A DNA stretch of 64,000 nucleotides, taken from Bacteroidales bacterium. Lineage in GTDB: Bacteria > Bacteroidota > Bacteroidia > Bacteroidales > P3. Each line of letters begins with the position of its first letter. The stretch's first letter is position 1. Both the position numbers and the translations under genes were made by a program. The notes below the pieces were generated by a model. It had not been told where the DNA came from. It did no database searches and saw only the letters and a program-made list of their open reading frames with translations. Where the stretch lies: contig JAFZKV010000019.1 of assembly GCA_017551765.1 (NCBI GenBank), forward strand, positions 14,353 through 78,352. The letters run 5' to 3'. Below, one piece after another: positions 1-9,742 of the stretch.

Positions 1-1
1 A

Positions 2-298
2 GGCTCAGAAATCATGCATGTCTATGTGCGCGCCTCCAAGCAGCTCCCCACCGACCTGAAGGGCAACCCCAAGCCGTTGGGTGACGACCTCGATTTTGCC
101 GAAAAATATGGGTGCGACCTTGAAACGGCACAACGTTGCCGTCTGGTGGAGATACTCAATCAATACATCCTCAAGGACCTGCCTTCCGGCAAGCGCAGCC
201 GTGGGTCTTCGGTGGAGCGTTATGTCCCGTCGCATCCCGATTACATCAACCTCAACATCAATCCCAACGGGAGCGTGGAGATACTTAAAGGAGAATGA
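2..298 (+). CDS. hypothetical protein, 3' fragment (gene starts upstream of window)
   Basis: Frame is open from the window edge to TGA 296-298. ATGA overlap with the next gene suggests the same operon. No family recognised. Confidence 0.45.
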   Translation, partial: GSEIMHVYVRASKQLPTDLKGNPKPLGDDLDFAEKYGCDLETAQRCRLVEILNQYILKDLPSGKRSRGSSVERYVPSHPDYINLNINPNGSVEILKGE

Positions 299-999
299 AA
301 ATAGAGGTATCTCTTACGCCGGCGCTCTATCCCTACCGCACTTTGCAGCATCCCCACGCCACTGTGGCCATCGATGTGTTGCGTGCCACCAGCGCCGTCT
401 GTGCCGCCTTCCAGGCAGGATGCTCCTCGGTGGTGCCGCTCGACAGCCTCGAAGCGTTGCCGCAGTATAGGCAGATGGGTTACCTGTTGGCAGCCGAACG
501 CAACGGAAGCAAGATTGGCGATGCCGAATATGGCAATTCGCCTACGGAATACCTGAGGCACGACTTGTCGGGTGTCAAGTTGGCATACAGCACCACCAAC
601 GGTACCCGTTGCATCCTTCGTGCAGCCGATGCCGACTTGACGTTGGCGGGAGCCTTCGCCAACCTGACGGCACTCACCGACTGTCTGTGTGACCGACAGA
701 TGGACACAGTACTGCTGTGCAGCGGATGGAAAAATGACTTCTGTATCGAGGATACCCTCGTTGCGGGAGCCATCATAGAGCGGCTTGCTGACAAGACCGA
801 GTTGCGGGGCGATGCGGCCCACATGGCGCTGACCCTTTGGCAACAGGCTAAGAGCGACCCCTATGGCTATTGCGAGCAGGCTTCGCATGTGCACCGCCTT
901 CGGGGGCTTGGGGCCGAAGAGGATGTTCGTTTCGCATTTCAGACAGACACCTGTCCTGTGGTGCCGGTACTAAAAGATGAGGCGCTTGTGCTGTTATGA
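295..999 (+). CDS. comB: 2-phosphosulfolactate phosphatase family protein (ComB-like)
   Basis: 234 aa. VAIDVLRATSAVCAAF and AERNGSKIGDAEYGNSP core resemble the ComB family. Start and stop overlap both neighbours (ATGA). Confidence 0.78.
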   Translation: MKIEVSLTPALYPYRTLQHPHATVAIDVLRATSAVCAAFQAGCSSVVPLDSLEALPQYRQMGYLLAAERNGSKIGDAEYGNSPTEYLRHDLSGVKLAYSTTNGTRCILRAADADLTLAGAFANLTALTDCLCDRQMDTVLLCSGWKNDFCIEDTLVAGAIIERLADKTELRGDAAHMALTLWQQAKSDPYGYCEQASHVHRLRGLGAEEDVRFAFQTDTCPVVPVLKDEALVLL

Positions 1000-1616
1000 A
1001 GAGGTTGCTGTTCATAGTGACGATTCTATTGCTGCTGCCCGTGCGGGCGCAGCAAGACAGCGTGTCTACCCCAAGCCTGTGGGCACCAGCGGCAGGAACT
1101 ACCTTGCTGGCCAGCGGAGCCCTTTTTACTTTCACCCCCGAAATGAAAGCTTGGGCAGTGGACCTGCGCGATGCTGTGCAGGCCGACGGTCACCCCAAGT
1201 TGCACTTTGACGACTATCTCGAATATGTGATGCCGGCCACCCCTGTGGCGCTTAACCTTTGCGGCCTCAAGAGCCGTCACGACTTCAAGAAGTTGGCGTT
1301 GCTCGAAGGAGGCTCCTATCTGTTGGGAGTGGCACTGCTTGAAGCTGGTAAGTATGGCTTCGGGGTGGCGCGTCCCGACAACAATGCCCCCACCAGCTTT
1401 CCTTCGGGTCATACCTTCAGCGCTACTGCTGCCGCCGAGATATTGCGCCGAGAGTACGGCGAGGAATACCCCTGGGTGGCGGTGGCGGGCTACTCGGTGG
1501 CAGCCCTTGTGGGCGCCATGCGCATCTACAACAACCGCCATTGGGTTGGCGACGTGCTGGCTGGTGCCGGACTCGGCATACTTAGTGTCAGCGCCGTATA
1601 TTGGATATTTGACTAA
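996..1616 (+). CDS. PAP2 superfamily phosphatase (membrane/secreted)
   Basis: Signal peptide present. PAP2 motifs PSGHT and MRIYNNRHWVGDV (SRxxxxxHxxxD-like). Confidence 0.85.
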   Translation: MKRLLFIVTILLLLPVRAQQDSVSTPSLWAPAAGTTLLASGALFTFTPEMKAWAVDLRDAVQADGHPKLHFDDYLEYVMPATPVALNLCGLKSRHDFKKLALLEGGSYLLGVALLEAGKYGFGVARPDNNAPTSFPSGHTFSATAAAEILRREYGEEYPWVAVAGYSVAALVGAMRIYNNRHWVGDVLAGAGLGILSVSAVYWIFD

Positions 1617-1634
1617 ACAACAACGAAAACAACT

Positions 1635-3332
1635 ATGATAAAATTCAACAACTTGAAAGGCGATCTCTTCGGCGGTGTCACCGCCGGTATCGTCGCTTTG
1701 CCTTTGGCTCTGGCCTTTGGTATACAGGCTTTCAGCGGCATGGGTGCCGAGGGTGCTCCCATCGGTGCCTACGCCGGTTTGGTGGGTGCTACACTGTTGG
1801 GCTTCTTTGCAGCCCTCTTCGGCGGCACGCACAGCCAGATTTCAGGTCCTACGGGACCTATGACGGTCATCACCGCCACCCTCGTCACAGGAGCCTTCAC
1901 GGCCCCCGGAGGCAGCCTCTCCACGGTGCTGGTCTCTATGGCGTTGGCCGCCATCTTCTGTGGCATGTTCCAGATACTCTTCGGCCTCATCAAGATAGGC
2001 AAATATGTGCGCTACATCCCGTATCCCGTTCTTTCGGGTTTTATGAGCGGCATCGGCGTTATCATCATCCTCCAGCAACTCTACCCCTTGCTGGGACAGA
2101 GTAAAGGTGGCTCGATGATTGATTTGCTGGCAGGGTTGCCTGCCGCTGTCGGCGCCACCTCGCTCACCGCGCTCCTTCTGGGCCTGGGTACTGTGGCCAT
2201 CATCTATCTTTTCCCGCTCCTCACCAAGAAGGTGCCGTCTACACTCGTGGCCCTCATTGTGATGACTGTCGTCTCTCTGTTTATCAATATGGAAGGTGTG
2301 CCCACCATCGGCGAGATACCGTCAGGCTTGCCCATGCCGTTCTTTGCCAACGACAAGGTGAGTCTTGCCGGTTTGCCGTGGGGCGACATCGTTGTGGCGG
2401 CTCTTATCCCTGGCCTCACGCTGGCCGGCCTCGGCTCCATCGACACGCTGCTCACCTCGGTGGTGGCCGACAATATCACCAAGACCAAGCACAACAGCAA
2501 CCGTGAATTGATAGGACAGGGTATAGGCAACGCCATTGCGGGCCTCTTCTGCGGCCTTCCGGGTGCCGGCGCCACCATGCGTACCGTCGTCAATGTCAAG
2601 AGTGGCGGCCGCACACAGCTCAGCGGCATGGTGCATGCGCTGCTGCTGCTGGCCATCATGCTCGGCCTCGGTTCGGTGGTGAAATACGTACCCCTGTCAG
2701 TCCTCGCGGGTATCCTGATCACCGTGGGGTGGGGCATCATCGACTTCCGCGGCTTCAAGGACCTGCCCAAGATACCGCGCGCCGACGCCGTGGTGCTCAT
2801 TGTGGTGTTCCTGGTCACCGTCTTTGTCGACCTTCTTACCGCCGTCGGCATCGGCATGGTCATCGCCTGCGTGCTCTTCATGAAGCGTGCCTCCGACCTC
2901 GTCGAGGGTGGCTACAGCAGCCAGGAAATGACCAACTTCGACAAGGAAAGCCCCTGGGCCGACGAGGGTGGCATGCCCGACACCGCCAAGCACAGCATCT
3001 ACATCCAGCGTCTCAACGGCCCCATCTTCTTCGGCACCATCAACAAGTTCAAGGAGGTGATGAACGATGTGCCCGCCGACGCCAAGATTGTCATCATCCG
3101 CATGCGTCTGGTCAGCTTTATGGACCAGAGCGGTCTCTATGCTATGGAGGAGGCCATCAAGGACATACAGTCGCGTGGGGCACAGGTGCTGATGACCATC
3201 ATCCAGCCGCAGCCGATGTATATGCTGAAGACCCACAAGGTCATCCCAGGCGTCGTCCCCGAGAACCACACCTTCAAGACCTTCGAGGACTGCACCAAGT
3301 TTCTCCGAGAGAACCTTGAAACTAAAAAGTAA
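1635..3332 (+). CDS. SulP family inorganic anion (sulfate) permease with C-terminal STAS domain
   Basis: 565 aa. Glycine-rich multi-TM SulP core followed by a soluble STAS-like tail (IYIQRLNGPIFFGT...VIIRMRLVSFMDQSGL). Confidence 0.9.
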   Translation: MIKFNNLKGDLFGGVTAGIVALPLALAFGIQAFSGMGAEGAPIGAYAGLVGATLLGFFAALFGGTHSQISGPTGPMTVITATLVTGAFTAPGGSLSTVLVSMALAAIFCGMFQILFGLIKIGKYVRYIPYPVLSGFMSGIGVIIILQQLYPLLGQSKGGSMIDLLAGLPAAVGATSLTALLLGLGTVAIIYLFPLLTKKVPSTLVALIVMTVVSLFINMEGVPTIGEIPSGLPMPFFANDKVSLAGLPWGDIVVAALIPGLTLAGLGSIDTLLTSVVADNITKTKHNSNRELIGQGIGNAIAGLFCGLPGAGATMRTVVNVKSGGRTQLSGMVHALLLLAIMLGLGSVVKYVPLSVLAGILITVGWGIIDFRGFKDLPKIPRADAVVLIVVFLVTVFVDLLTAVGIGMVIACVLFMKRASDLVEGGYSSQEMTNFDKESPWADEGGMPDTAKHSIYIQRLNGPIFFGTINKFKEVMNDVPADAKIVIIRMRLVSFMDQSGLYAMEEAIKDIQSRGAQVLMTIIQPQPMYMLKTHKVIPGVVPENHTFKTFEDCTKFLRENLETKK

Positions 3333-3347
3333 AAGCTAAAAACTAAA
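3318..3347. repeat. left inverted arm (TAAAAACTAAAA word family) flanking four-helix-bundle gene 1
   Basis: gaaactaaaaagtaaaagctaaaaactaaaa overlaps the last codons and stop of the SulP gene. It is complementary to 3722-3752. Confidence 0.7.
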
Positions 3348-3716
3348 ATGAAGGAGAGCCTTTTATATTCGAAAAGTATGGCTTTTGCTGTGCGGTGTGT
3401 GAAGTTTTACAAGTATCTTACCGACGAAAAAAGAGAATACATCATAAGCAAGCAGTTGATGAGGAGCGGCACGAGTATTGGCGCTAATATTAGGGAAGGA
3501 AGGTTTGCTCAAAGTGAATCTGATTTTATTAACAAGTTAAGCATTGCTTTAAAAGAGGCAGAGGAGACGCAGTATTGGATTGAATTGTTGTTCAATGCGA
3601 ATATTATTTCCGATGACGAATTCAAATCAATCCATGATGATTCCGGAGAGATGATTGCCTTGCTTCTCTCTACAATTAAAACGTATAAATCAAACAAAAA
3701 TAGTAACAACAACTGA
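3348..3716 (+). CDS. four-helix-bundle protein (23S rRNA intervening-sequence protein / Avd-like family)
   Basis: 122 aa. SKQLMRSGTSIGANIREG and LSIALKEAEETQYWIELL are hallmark motifs. The gene is visibly AT-rich against GC-rich neighbours. Confidence 0.85.
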   Translation: MKESLLYSKSMAFAVRCVKFYKYLTDEKREYIISKQLMRSGTSIGANIREGRFAQSESDFINKLSIALKEAEETQYWIELLFNANIISDDEFKSIHDDSGEMIALLLSTIKTYKSNKNSNNN

Positions 3717-3721
3717 AAACC

Positions 3722-3752
3722 TTTTAGTTTTTAGTTTTAACATTTTAGTTTA
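3722..3752. repeat. right inverted arm flanking four-helix-bundle gene 1
   Basis: ttttagtttttagttttaacattttagttt is the complement of the 3318-3347 word family. Confidence 0.7.
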
Positions 3753-3754
3753 AA

Positions 3755-4465
3755 ATGGGTCGCGCATTTGAATATCGCAAAGCAAGAAAACTGAAACGTT
3801 GGGGCCACATGGCCCGCACCTTCACCAAGATTGGCAAGGAAATTGAATTGGCCGTCCTCGCCGGCGGTCCCGATCCCTCGAGCAACCTGCGCCTGCGCCT
3901 GCTGATGCAGACAGCCAAGAGCGAGTCGATGCCCAAGGAGAACGTCGAACGCGCCATCAAGCGCGCCACCGAGAAGGACAAGTCGGCATACAAGGAGGTC
4001 GTCTACGATGGCAAAGGGCCTCACGGCGTCGCCGTCGTGGTGGAGACCGCCACCGACAACCCCACGCGCACCGTCGCCAACCTCCGCGCCGCCTTTGTGC
4101 GCGGCAAGGGTGAGCTCGGCACTATGGGCATGAACGACTTCCTCTTCGAGCGCAAGTGCTCCTTCGTCGTCGCCTGGCGTGACGACATCGACATGGACGA
4201 GCTCGAACTCGAACTCATCGACTGCGACATCGACGAGGTGTTCCGCGACGAGGACGAAATCCTTATCTACGCCGACTTCGCCAACTACGGCCCCATCTCC
4301 AAGTTCTTGGAGGACAAGGGTCTTGAGATAAAAAGCTTCAAGTTTGAGCGTATCCCCCTCACCGTGCGTGAACTCTCCGACGAGGAGCAGGAGGATGTCA
4401 ACGGCTTGTTGGAGCGTCTGGAAAACGACGACGACGTGGTCAACGTTTTCCACAACATGGCCTAA
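3755..4465 (+). CDS. yebC: YebC/PmpR family DNA-binding transcriptional regulator
   Basis: MGRAFEYRKARKLKRW... N-terminus and 236-aa length are typical of YebC. Confidence 0.9.
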   Translation: MGRAFEYRKARKLKRWGHMARTFTKIGKEIELAVLAGGPDPSSNLRLRLLMQTAKSESMPKENVERAIKRATEKDKSAYKEVVYDGKGPHGVAVVVETATDNPTRTVANLRAAFVRGKGELGTMGMNDFLFERKCSFVVAWRDDIDMDELELELIDCDIDEVFRDEDEILIYADFANYGPISKFLEDKGLEIKSFKFERIPLTVRELSDEEQEDVNGLLERLENDDDVVNVFHNMA

Positions 4466-4473
4466 CGCCCCAA

Positions 4474-4998
4474 CTACTCCACCCAGCGGATATAGTCCGC
4501 CTTGCGGGGTGGGGCAGGGGTGGCTTCCTTGGCGGCATAGCCGAGGATGCAATGGCCTACGCCTACGTAGTCGCCCTTGATGCCCAACTCGCGCAGGAGT
4601 GTCTTGCCCTCCTCGCTGTCGAACTCCTCTTTGGCTCGGTGTATCCAACACGAGGCCAAGCCCACGGCTTGGGCGGCATTGACCAGCTGGCACATCACGC
4701 TGCAGCCGTCATACTGCGCCGTCGACGCCGTGCGGTCGGCCAGCACCACCAGCACCACCGGCGCGCCGTAGAAGGGGTCGCCCTCGGTGCCCATGATGGC
4801 GGCGTTCATGCGCGACAGGCGGTCGCGCCACTCTTTGTTGGTGACGGCCAGGATAATGGGGCTTTGCTTTCCGCGGCCTGTGGGGGCGTAGGTACCCGCC
4901 TCGCAGACGGCAGCCACCAGCTCCTTGGGCGGCATCTGCGAAGTAAAAGCGCGGCAACTGCGCCGCGCTTTCATATTGTTCAACGCTTCCTGGTTCAT
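4474..4998 (-). CDS. nitroreductase family protein
   Basis: 174 aa. The RRSCRAF motif near the N-terminus and overall layout fit small FMN nitroreductases. Confidence 0.85.
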   Translation of the reverse strand: MNQEALNNMKARRSCRAFTSQMPPKELVAAVCEAGTYAPTGRGKQSPIILAVTNKEWRDRLSRMNAAIMGTEGDPFYGAPVVLVVLADRTASTAQYDGCSVMCQLVNAAQAVGLASCWIHRAKEEFDSEEGKTLLRELGIKGDYVGVGHCILGYAAKEATPAPPRKADYIRWVE

Positions 4999-5439
4999 CT
5001 ACCTCAATGCATTGAATAGAGTCACAATGGCGGCGGCGGTGGCGGCCGTCTGGGCGATGTTCTGTGAGTTGACGTTTGTCAGGCCTGCCGTGTTGAGCAT
5101 CTGGTCCACAAAGGCGGTGGCGTTGGCGGCGGTGATCAGGCCGGCCGACGAGACGATGAGGCCGTTGGTGAAGGCCTTGCGGTAGTTCTTGTCGTCCTTG
5201 TTGGCCCTGAGGTTGGTGCAGGCGGTGGCCACGATGAGGGCGTTGCTGAGGTTGGTGGCGTTGGTCAGGTCCACTTTGCCGGTGGCCTTATAGGAGCTGT
5301 AGAGCTGCTGGACGGCCATACCGCAACTTTGGCCCGACAATTGGGCGGCCGAATTGCTGCTGCCCGAGCCCGCGAGCGAGCCGCACGAAGTCATCGCCAG
5401 CGTGGCGACGCACATAAGAAGAAGTCCTAAACGTTTCAT
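4999..5439 (-). CDS. hypothetical lipoprotein
   Basis: Signal peptide with lipobox (LAMTSC). Ala/Asn/Thr-rich mature part. Stop abuts the start of the nitroreductase gene. Confidence 0.6.
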   Translation of the reverse strand: MKRLGLLLMCVATLAMTSCGSLAGSGSSNSAAQLSGQSCGMAVQQLYSSYKATGKVDLTNATNLSNALIVATACTNLRANKDDKNYRKAFTNGLIVSSAGLITAANATAFVDQMLNTAGLTNVNSQNIAQTAATAAAIVTLFNALR

Positions 5440-5557
5440 AATGAGTGACTATTTTATTGTTTGCAATAAGATTTATTGGTGCAAATATACGGACATTCTC
5501 CGAAAGATGCAAATATTTTTTATCTCCAGCCTGCCAATAGGAAAGGAGTTTTAGCAA

Positions 5558-6136
5558 CTATTGAGTTAAGATTTGATTTAACTGACTATCCCAATCTGGG
5601 ATAAAGAGATAAACTTCTTCTTCACAAATCTCCACATTCCCAACGTGAACAAAACGAATAATTCCCTCTACTTTACATAATCTATTCTTCAAGGTGTCAT
5701 AACAGTCCTCTGTCATATAAGGGACATCTCTCTTTATTTCCTTTTTATTGTAAGGAGAAACGGAATCTCGTGGAGAAACGATGATACATTTCCGTCCCGA
5801 TAAATAGTCTGAAGCAGGTATGGAGTTCTTGGTGTTCTGCCCACTATCAGGCGGTGTGCCATAAAGGTATAAAAAATAGCCATCTTCGTCATTCCCGTTT
5901 TGACGCAGATACTGTCGCAAATATACCTCCAGACGCAACGTGTCGCCATCCACCAATTGCCAATATTGTTGCGTGAAATCCGAGAGCAACAAGTGTTCCG
6001 TCGAATAGAGTCTTGGAGGCCGACCTAATCTGCCATAGTTGTTGGCTCTTTCTTCCGAGCAGTCATTCCATCGGTTGCATCCGGCAAGTGCCAGACATGC
6101 CAGCACAGTAAACATTAGAATGTATTTTGTCTTCAT
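5558..6136 (-). CDS. hypothetical lipoprotein (AT-rich orphan)
   Basis: MKTKYILMFTVLACLALAGC lipobox. I chose the start at 6136 because a TActTTTG -7 box lies at about 6158-6165 on the minus strand, inside the longer ORF. Confidence 0.55.
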   Translation of the reverse strand: MKTKYILMFTVLACLALAGCNRWNDCSEERANNYGRLGRPPRLYSTEHLLLSDFTQQYWQLVDGDTLRLEVYLRQYLRQNGNDEDGYFLYLYGTPPDSGQNTKNSIPASDYLSGRKCIIVSPRDSVSPYNKKEIKRDVPYMTEDCYDTLKNRLCKVEGIIRFVHVGNVEICEEEVYLFIPDWDSQLNQILTQ

Positions 6137-6367
6137 GTTTTTTCTGTATTTTTTTTGCAAAAGTACACATTTTTTCTATAATATACCCACTTTTTTGAAA
6201 AAAATTAGCCTGCAGGGTAAATTTTTTCAATTTCCCGCCTCTGTTGTAATCTATAAATCATTTGGATTGTTGGGTTACTGCCGCAGACGGGGTTGTAAAA
6301 CCGCGCAGCGGGGAGGCAAAAGAAGATTTACAGATTACCGCCGCAGGCGGGAGAACGAAAAAATAAC

Positions 6368-6509
6368 GCCGTATCTACTCCGCTGATACTCCGACTGATG
6401 TTCGCATGTTGTCCGTTTGTTGTCCGTTTGTTGTCCGTTTTATAATCGAACAACAAACGGACAACAAGCGGACAATAATGGGACAACAGTGGGCGTTAGG
6501 GCGGCGTTA
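6368..6509. repeat. about 145-bp dispersed element with internal TTGTCCGTTTG hairpin (copy 1)
   Basis: Hairpin arms are 6408-6440 and 6449-6475. 6441-6509 matches the reverse complement of 28768-28838 with about 4 differences, and the homology extends into the flanks. Confidence 0.75.
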
Positions 6510-6510
6510 A

Positions 6511-6640
6511 AGCGAAAGTGGAAAGGGAAAAGTGGAAGGTGGAAAGTGGAAAGGGAAAAATGAAAAGTGAAAAGAGGAAAGTGAAAAGTGAAATGTGAAA
6601 AGTGAAAAATGAAAAATGAAAAGTGAAAAGCGAAAAGCAA
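6511..6640. repeat. degenerate GAAAAGTGAAA-type purine tract
   Basis: Runs of gaaagtg/gaaaagt/gaaaaat units. Same word family as 17571-17668, 29545-29580, 41172-41222 and 41606-41644. Confidence 0.8.
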
Positions 6641-6660
6641 CTGACAACTACCAACTGACA

Positions 6661-6712
6661 ACCGGCTCCCGACTACCGGCCACCGACTACCGGCTACCGA
6701 CTACCGGCTCCC
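6661..6712. repeat. CCGACTACCGG-type tract
   Basis: ccggctcccgactaccggccaccgactaccggctaccgactaccggctcccgac. The same family recurs at 7801-7830, 13419-13452, 28701-28735, 29027-29062, 32930-33100 and 33715-33762. Confidence 0.8.
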
Positions 6713-6735
6713 GACAACTTTTTTCCACGTTTGTT

Positions 6736-6765
6736 TTTGTATTTCGATTATTTTATGTATATTTG
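6736..6765 (+). promoter_or_regulatory. Bacteroidota sigma-A type promoter (TTTG -33 / TAtaTTTG -7) for corA
   Basis: TTTG at 6736-6739 and tatatttg at 6758-6765, spaced about 18 nt. About 75 nt upstream of the corA ATG. Confidence 0.5.
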
Positions 6766-6841
6766 CATCTGTACAATGTAATTCGTACTCCAATGTAGAC
6801 CACTGAAATACTGAATGTTCTCTAAAGAAAGGAGGTGATTT

Positions 6842-7771
6842 ATGATAGAAAAAATCCAATACCGGACGCTGCAATGGCTCGACATCACCAATCCCAGCGA
6901 GGATGACTACCGCGTGTTGCTGGACGACTATCAGTTCCACCCCTTGGACATTGAGGACTGCCGCGGCACCAACCAGCGGCCCAAGATCGACGAGTACGAC
7001 GACTATTATTTCCTTATCCTCCACTTCCCCTATTTCGACAAGGACAACAAGAACATCCGCATCCGCGAGGTGAAGCTCTTCTGGGGGCGCGACTATATCA
7101 TCACCGTGGGCAAGGCCCATTGGGTGGTGAAGAAGTTCTTCGACGAGATACAGGAGGACCTGGCCGAGGGCGACGAGATGACGCAGGAGATGATGGCCTC
7201 GAGCGACCAGCTGCTGTATCACATACTGAACCGCCTGATGCTGGAGACCAACACGCTGGTGCAGCGCATCGGCGCTGAGGTGGACCTGATCAACTATGAC
7301 ATCTTCGCCCGCCGCGCACGCTCGATTATCGAGCAGATTTCCATCACGCGGCGCAACATCATCCTGCTGAACACCACCTTCCGTCCGCAGCTGCGCGTGC
7401 TGCACATGTTCGAGAGCGGCGGCATCAAGGGCTTTGTGGACCCCGAGGTGGTGGAGATGGACGACTACTGGGGCAATATCCTGGACCAATACCAGAAGAT
7501 GTTCGACTCGATCGAGGACTACGGCGAGTTGATCGAGGGCCTGTCGCAGACGTTCGACTCGTTGCTGACCAACCGCACCAACGAGATTATGCGCGTGCTG
7601 ACCTACTTCTCGACCATCATGCTGCCGCTGACGGTGGTGACGGGCTTCTTCGGCATGAATGTGGACTTCCCCTTCACGCCCAACCGCACGGCCTTCTGGA
7701 TTATCCTGGGGTCGATGCTGCTGCTGATGGTGCTGCTGATACTCTTCTTCCGCCACAGGACGAAGAACTGA
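6842..7771 (+). CDS. corA: magnesium/cobalt transporter CorA
   Basis: 309 aa. C-terminal two TM helices with the GMN signature (VTGFFGMNVDFPF). Confidence 0.9.
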   Translation: MIEKIQYRTLQWLDITNPSEDDYRVLLDDYQFHPLDIEDCRGTNQRPKIDEYDDYYFLILHFPYFDKDNKNIRIREVKLFWGRDYIITVGKAHWVVKKFFDEIQEDLAEGDEMTQEMMASSDQLLYHILNRLMLETNTLVQRIGAEVDLINYDIFARRARSIIEQISITRRNIILLNTTFRPQLRVLHMFESGGIKGFVDPEVVEMDDYWGNILDQYQKMFDSIEDYGELIEGLSQTFDSLLTNRTNEIMRVLTYFSTIMLPLTVVTGFFGMNVDFPFTPNRTAFWIILGSMLLLMVLLILFFRHRTKN

Positions 7772-7841
7772 GGTTTAAGGTTTAACGTTTAAGGTTTAAA
7801 GAAAACCGACTACCGACCACCGACTACCAAAATAAAGAAAT

Positions 7842-8707
<866 letters not shown>

Positions 8708-8711
<4 letters not shown>

Positions 8712-9742
8712 CCCCTAAAGAACAAGGATATTATATGCCCGCCGAATGGGTGCGGCATGAGGCCACCTGGCTCAGCTACCCCAAGAACCCCGACTCGTGG
8801 CCCGGCAAGATAGAGACCATCTATCCCTCCTACCACCTCTTCGTCAAGACCCTCGCCGAGGGCGAGCAGGTGCACATCAATGTGGACGACGAGGCGATGC
8901 TTCTGCATGTGAAGGCAGAGCTTGAAGCAATAGATTGCAATATGCAGAATGTCATACTGCATATCATACCTACAAACGATGCCTGGTGCCGTGATCACGG
9001 CCCCGCCTTCCTGCTCAACAGGAAGGATGCCGCCAAGCGCGCCCTGGTGAATTGGAACCACAATGCCTGGGGCGGCAAGTATCCCTATGAGCTGGATACC
9101 GAGGTGCCTGTGCATATCGCTGAGGCTCTCGGAATGGAAATGTTCTCCCCGAATATCGTCATGGAGGGCGGCTCCATAGAGGTCAACGGCTGTGGCGACC
9201 TGATTACCACCACCTCCTGCCTGCTCAACAAGAACCGCAATCCTCACCTGAACCAAGACCAGATAGAAGGCTACTTGAGAGATTACTACGGTGTGGAGAA
9301 TATCATCTGGTTGGGCGACGGAATTGTGGGCGACGACACCGACGGACACGTTGACGACCTGTCGCGCTTCGTCTCGGAAGACACCATCATTACCGCCGTC
9401 GAGGAGGAGTTGTGGGACGAGAACTACGAGCCCCTGCAGAAGAACCTCAAGATGCTCAACCGTTGCCGCCTGGCCAACGGCAAGCAGCCCACCGTGGTGG
9501 AGCTGCCGATGCCCGACGTGGTGTTCTACGACAACCAGCGTCTGCCGGCCTCCTATGCCAACTTCTACCTGGCCAACGGCAAGGTCATCTTCCCCACCTA
9601 CCGCTGCCTGACCGACAACGAGGCGGCCTATATCCTCGAGGCCTGCTTCCCCGACCGCGAGGTGGTGGGCATCGACAGCACCGACATCATCTGGGGCCTC
9701 GGCTCCTTCCACTGCCTCAGTCAGCAAATGCCAGCACTATGA
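8708..9742 (+). CDS. aguA: agmatine deiminase
   Basis: MTPKEQGYYMPAEWVRHEATWLSYP start and C-terminal GLGSFHCLSQQ (catalytic Cys). I chose ATG 8708 rather than the upstream ORF extension. Confidence 0.9.

Noticed and set aside
6511-6640. The GAAAAGTGAAA-type tract was considered as a CRISPR array.
   Set aside because: Units are 6-7 nt, degenerate and contiguous, with no unique spacers and no 25-40 nt repeat periodicity. No cas genes are in the window.
6440-6661. The 73-aa ORF (FHFSFFIFHFSHF...) and similar ORFs at 28791-29102, 32772-33029 and 31371-31775.
   Set aside because: They are translations of low-complexity repeat DNA, with no start context and no protein-like composition.
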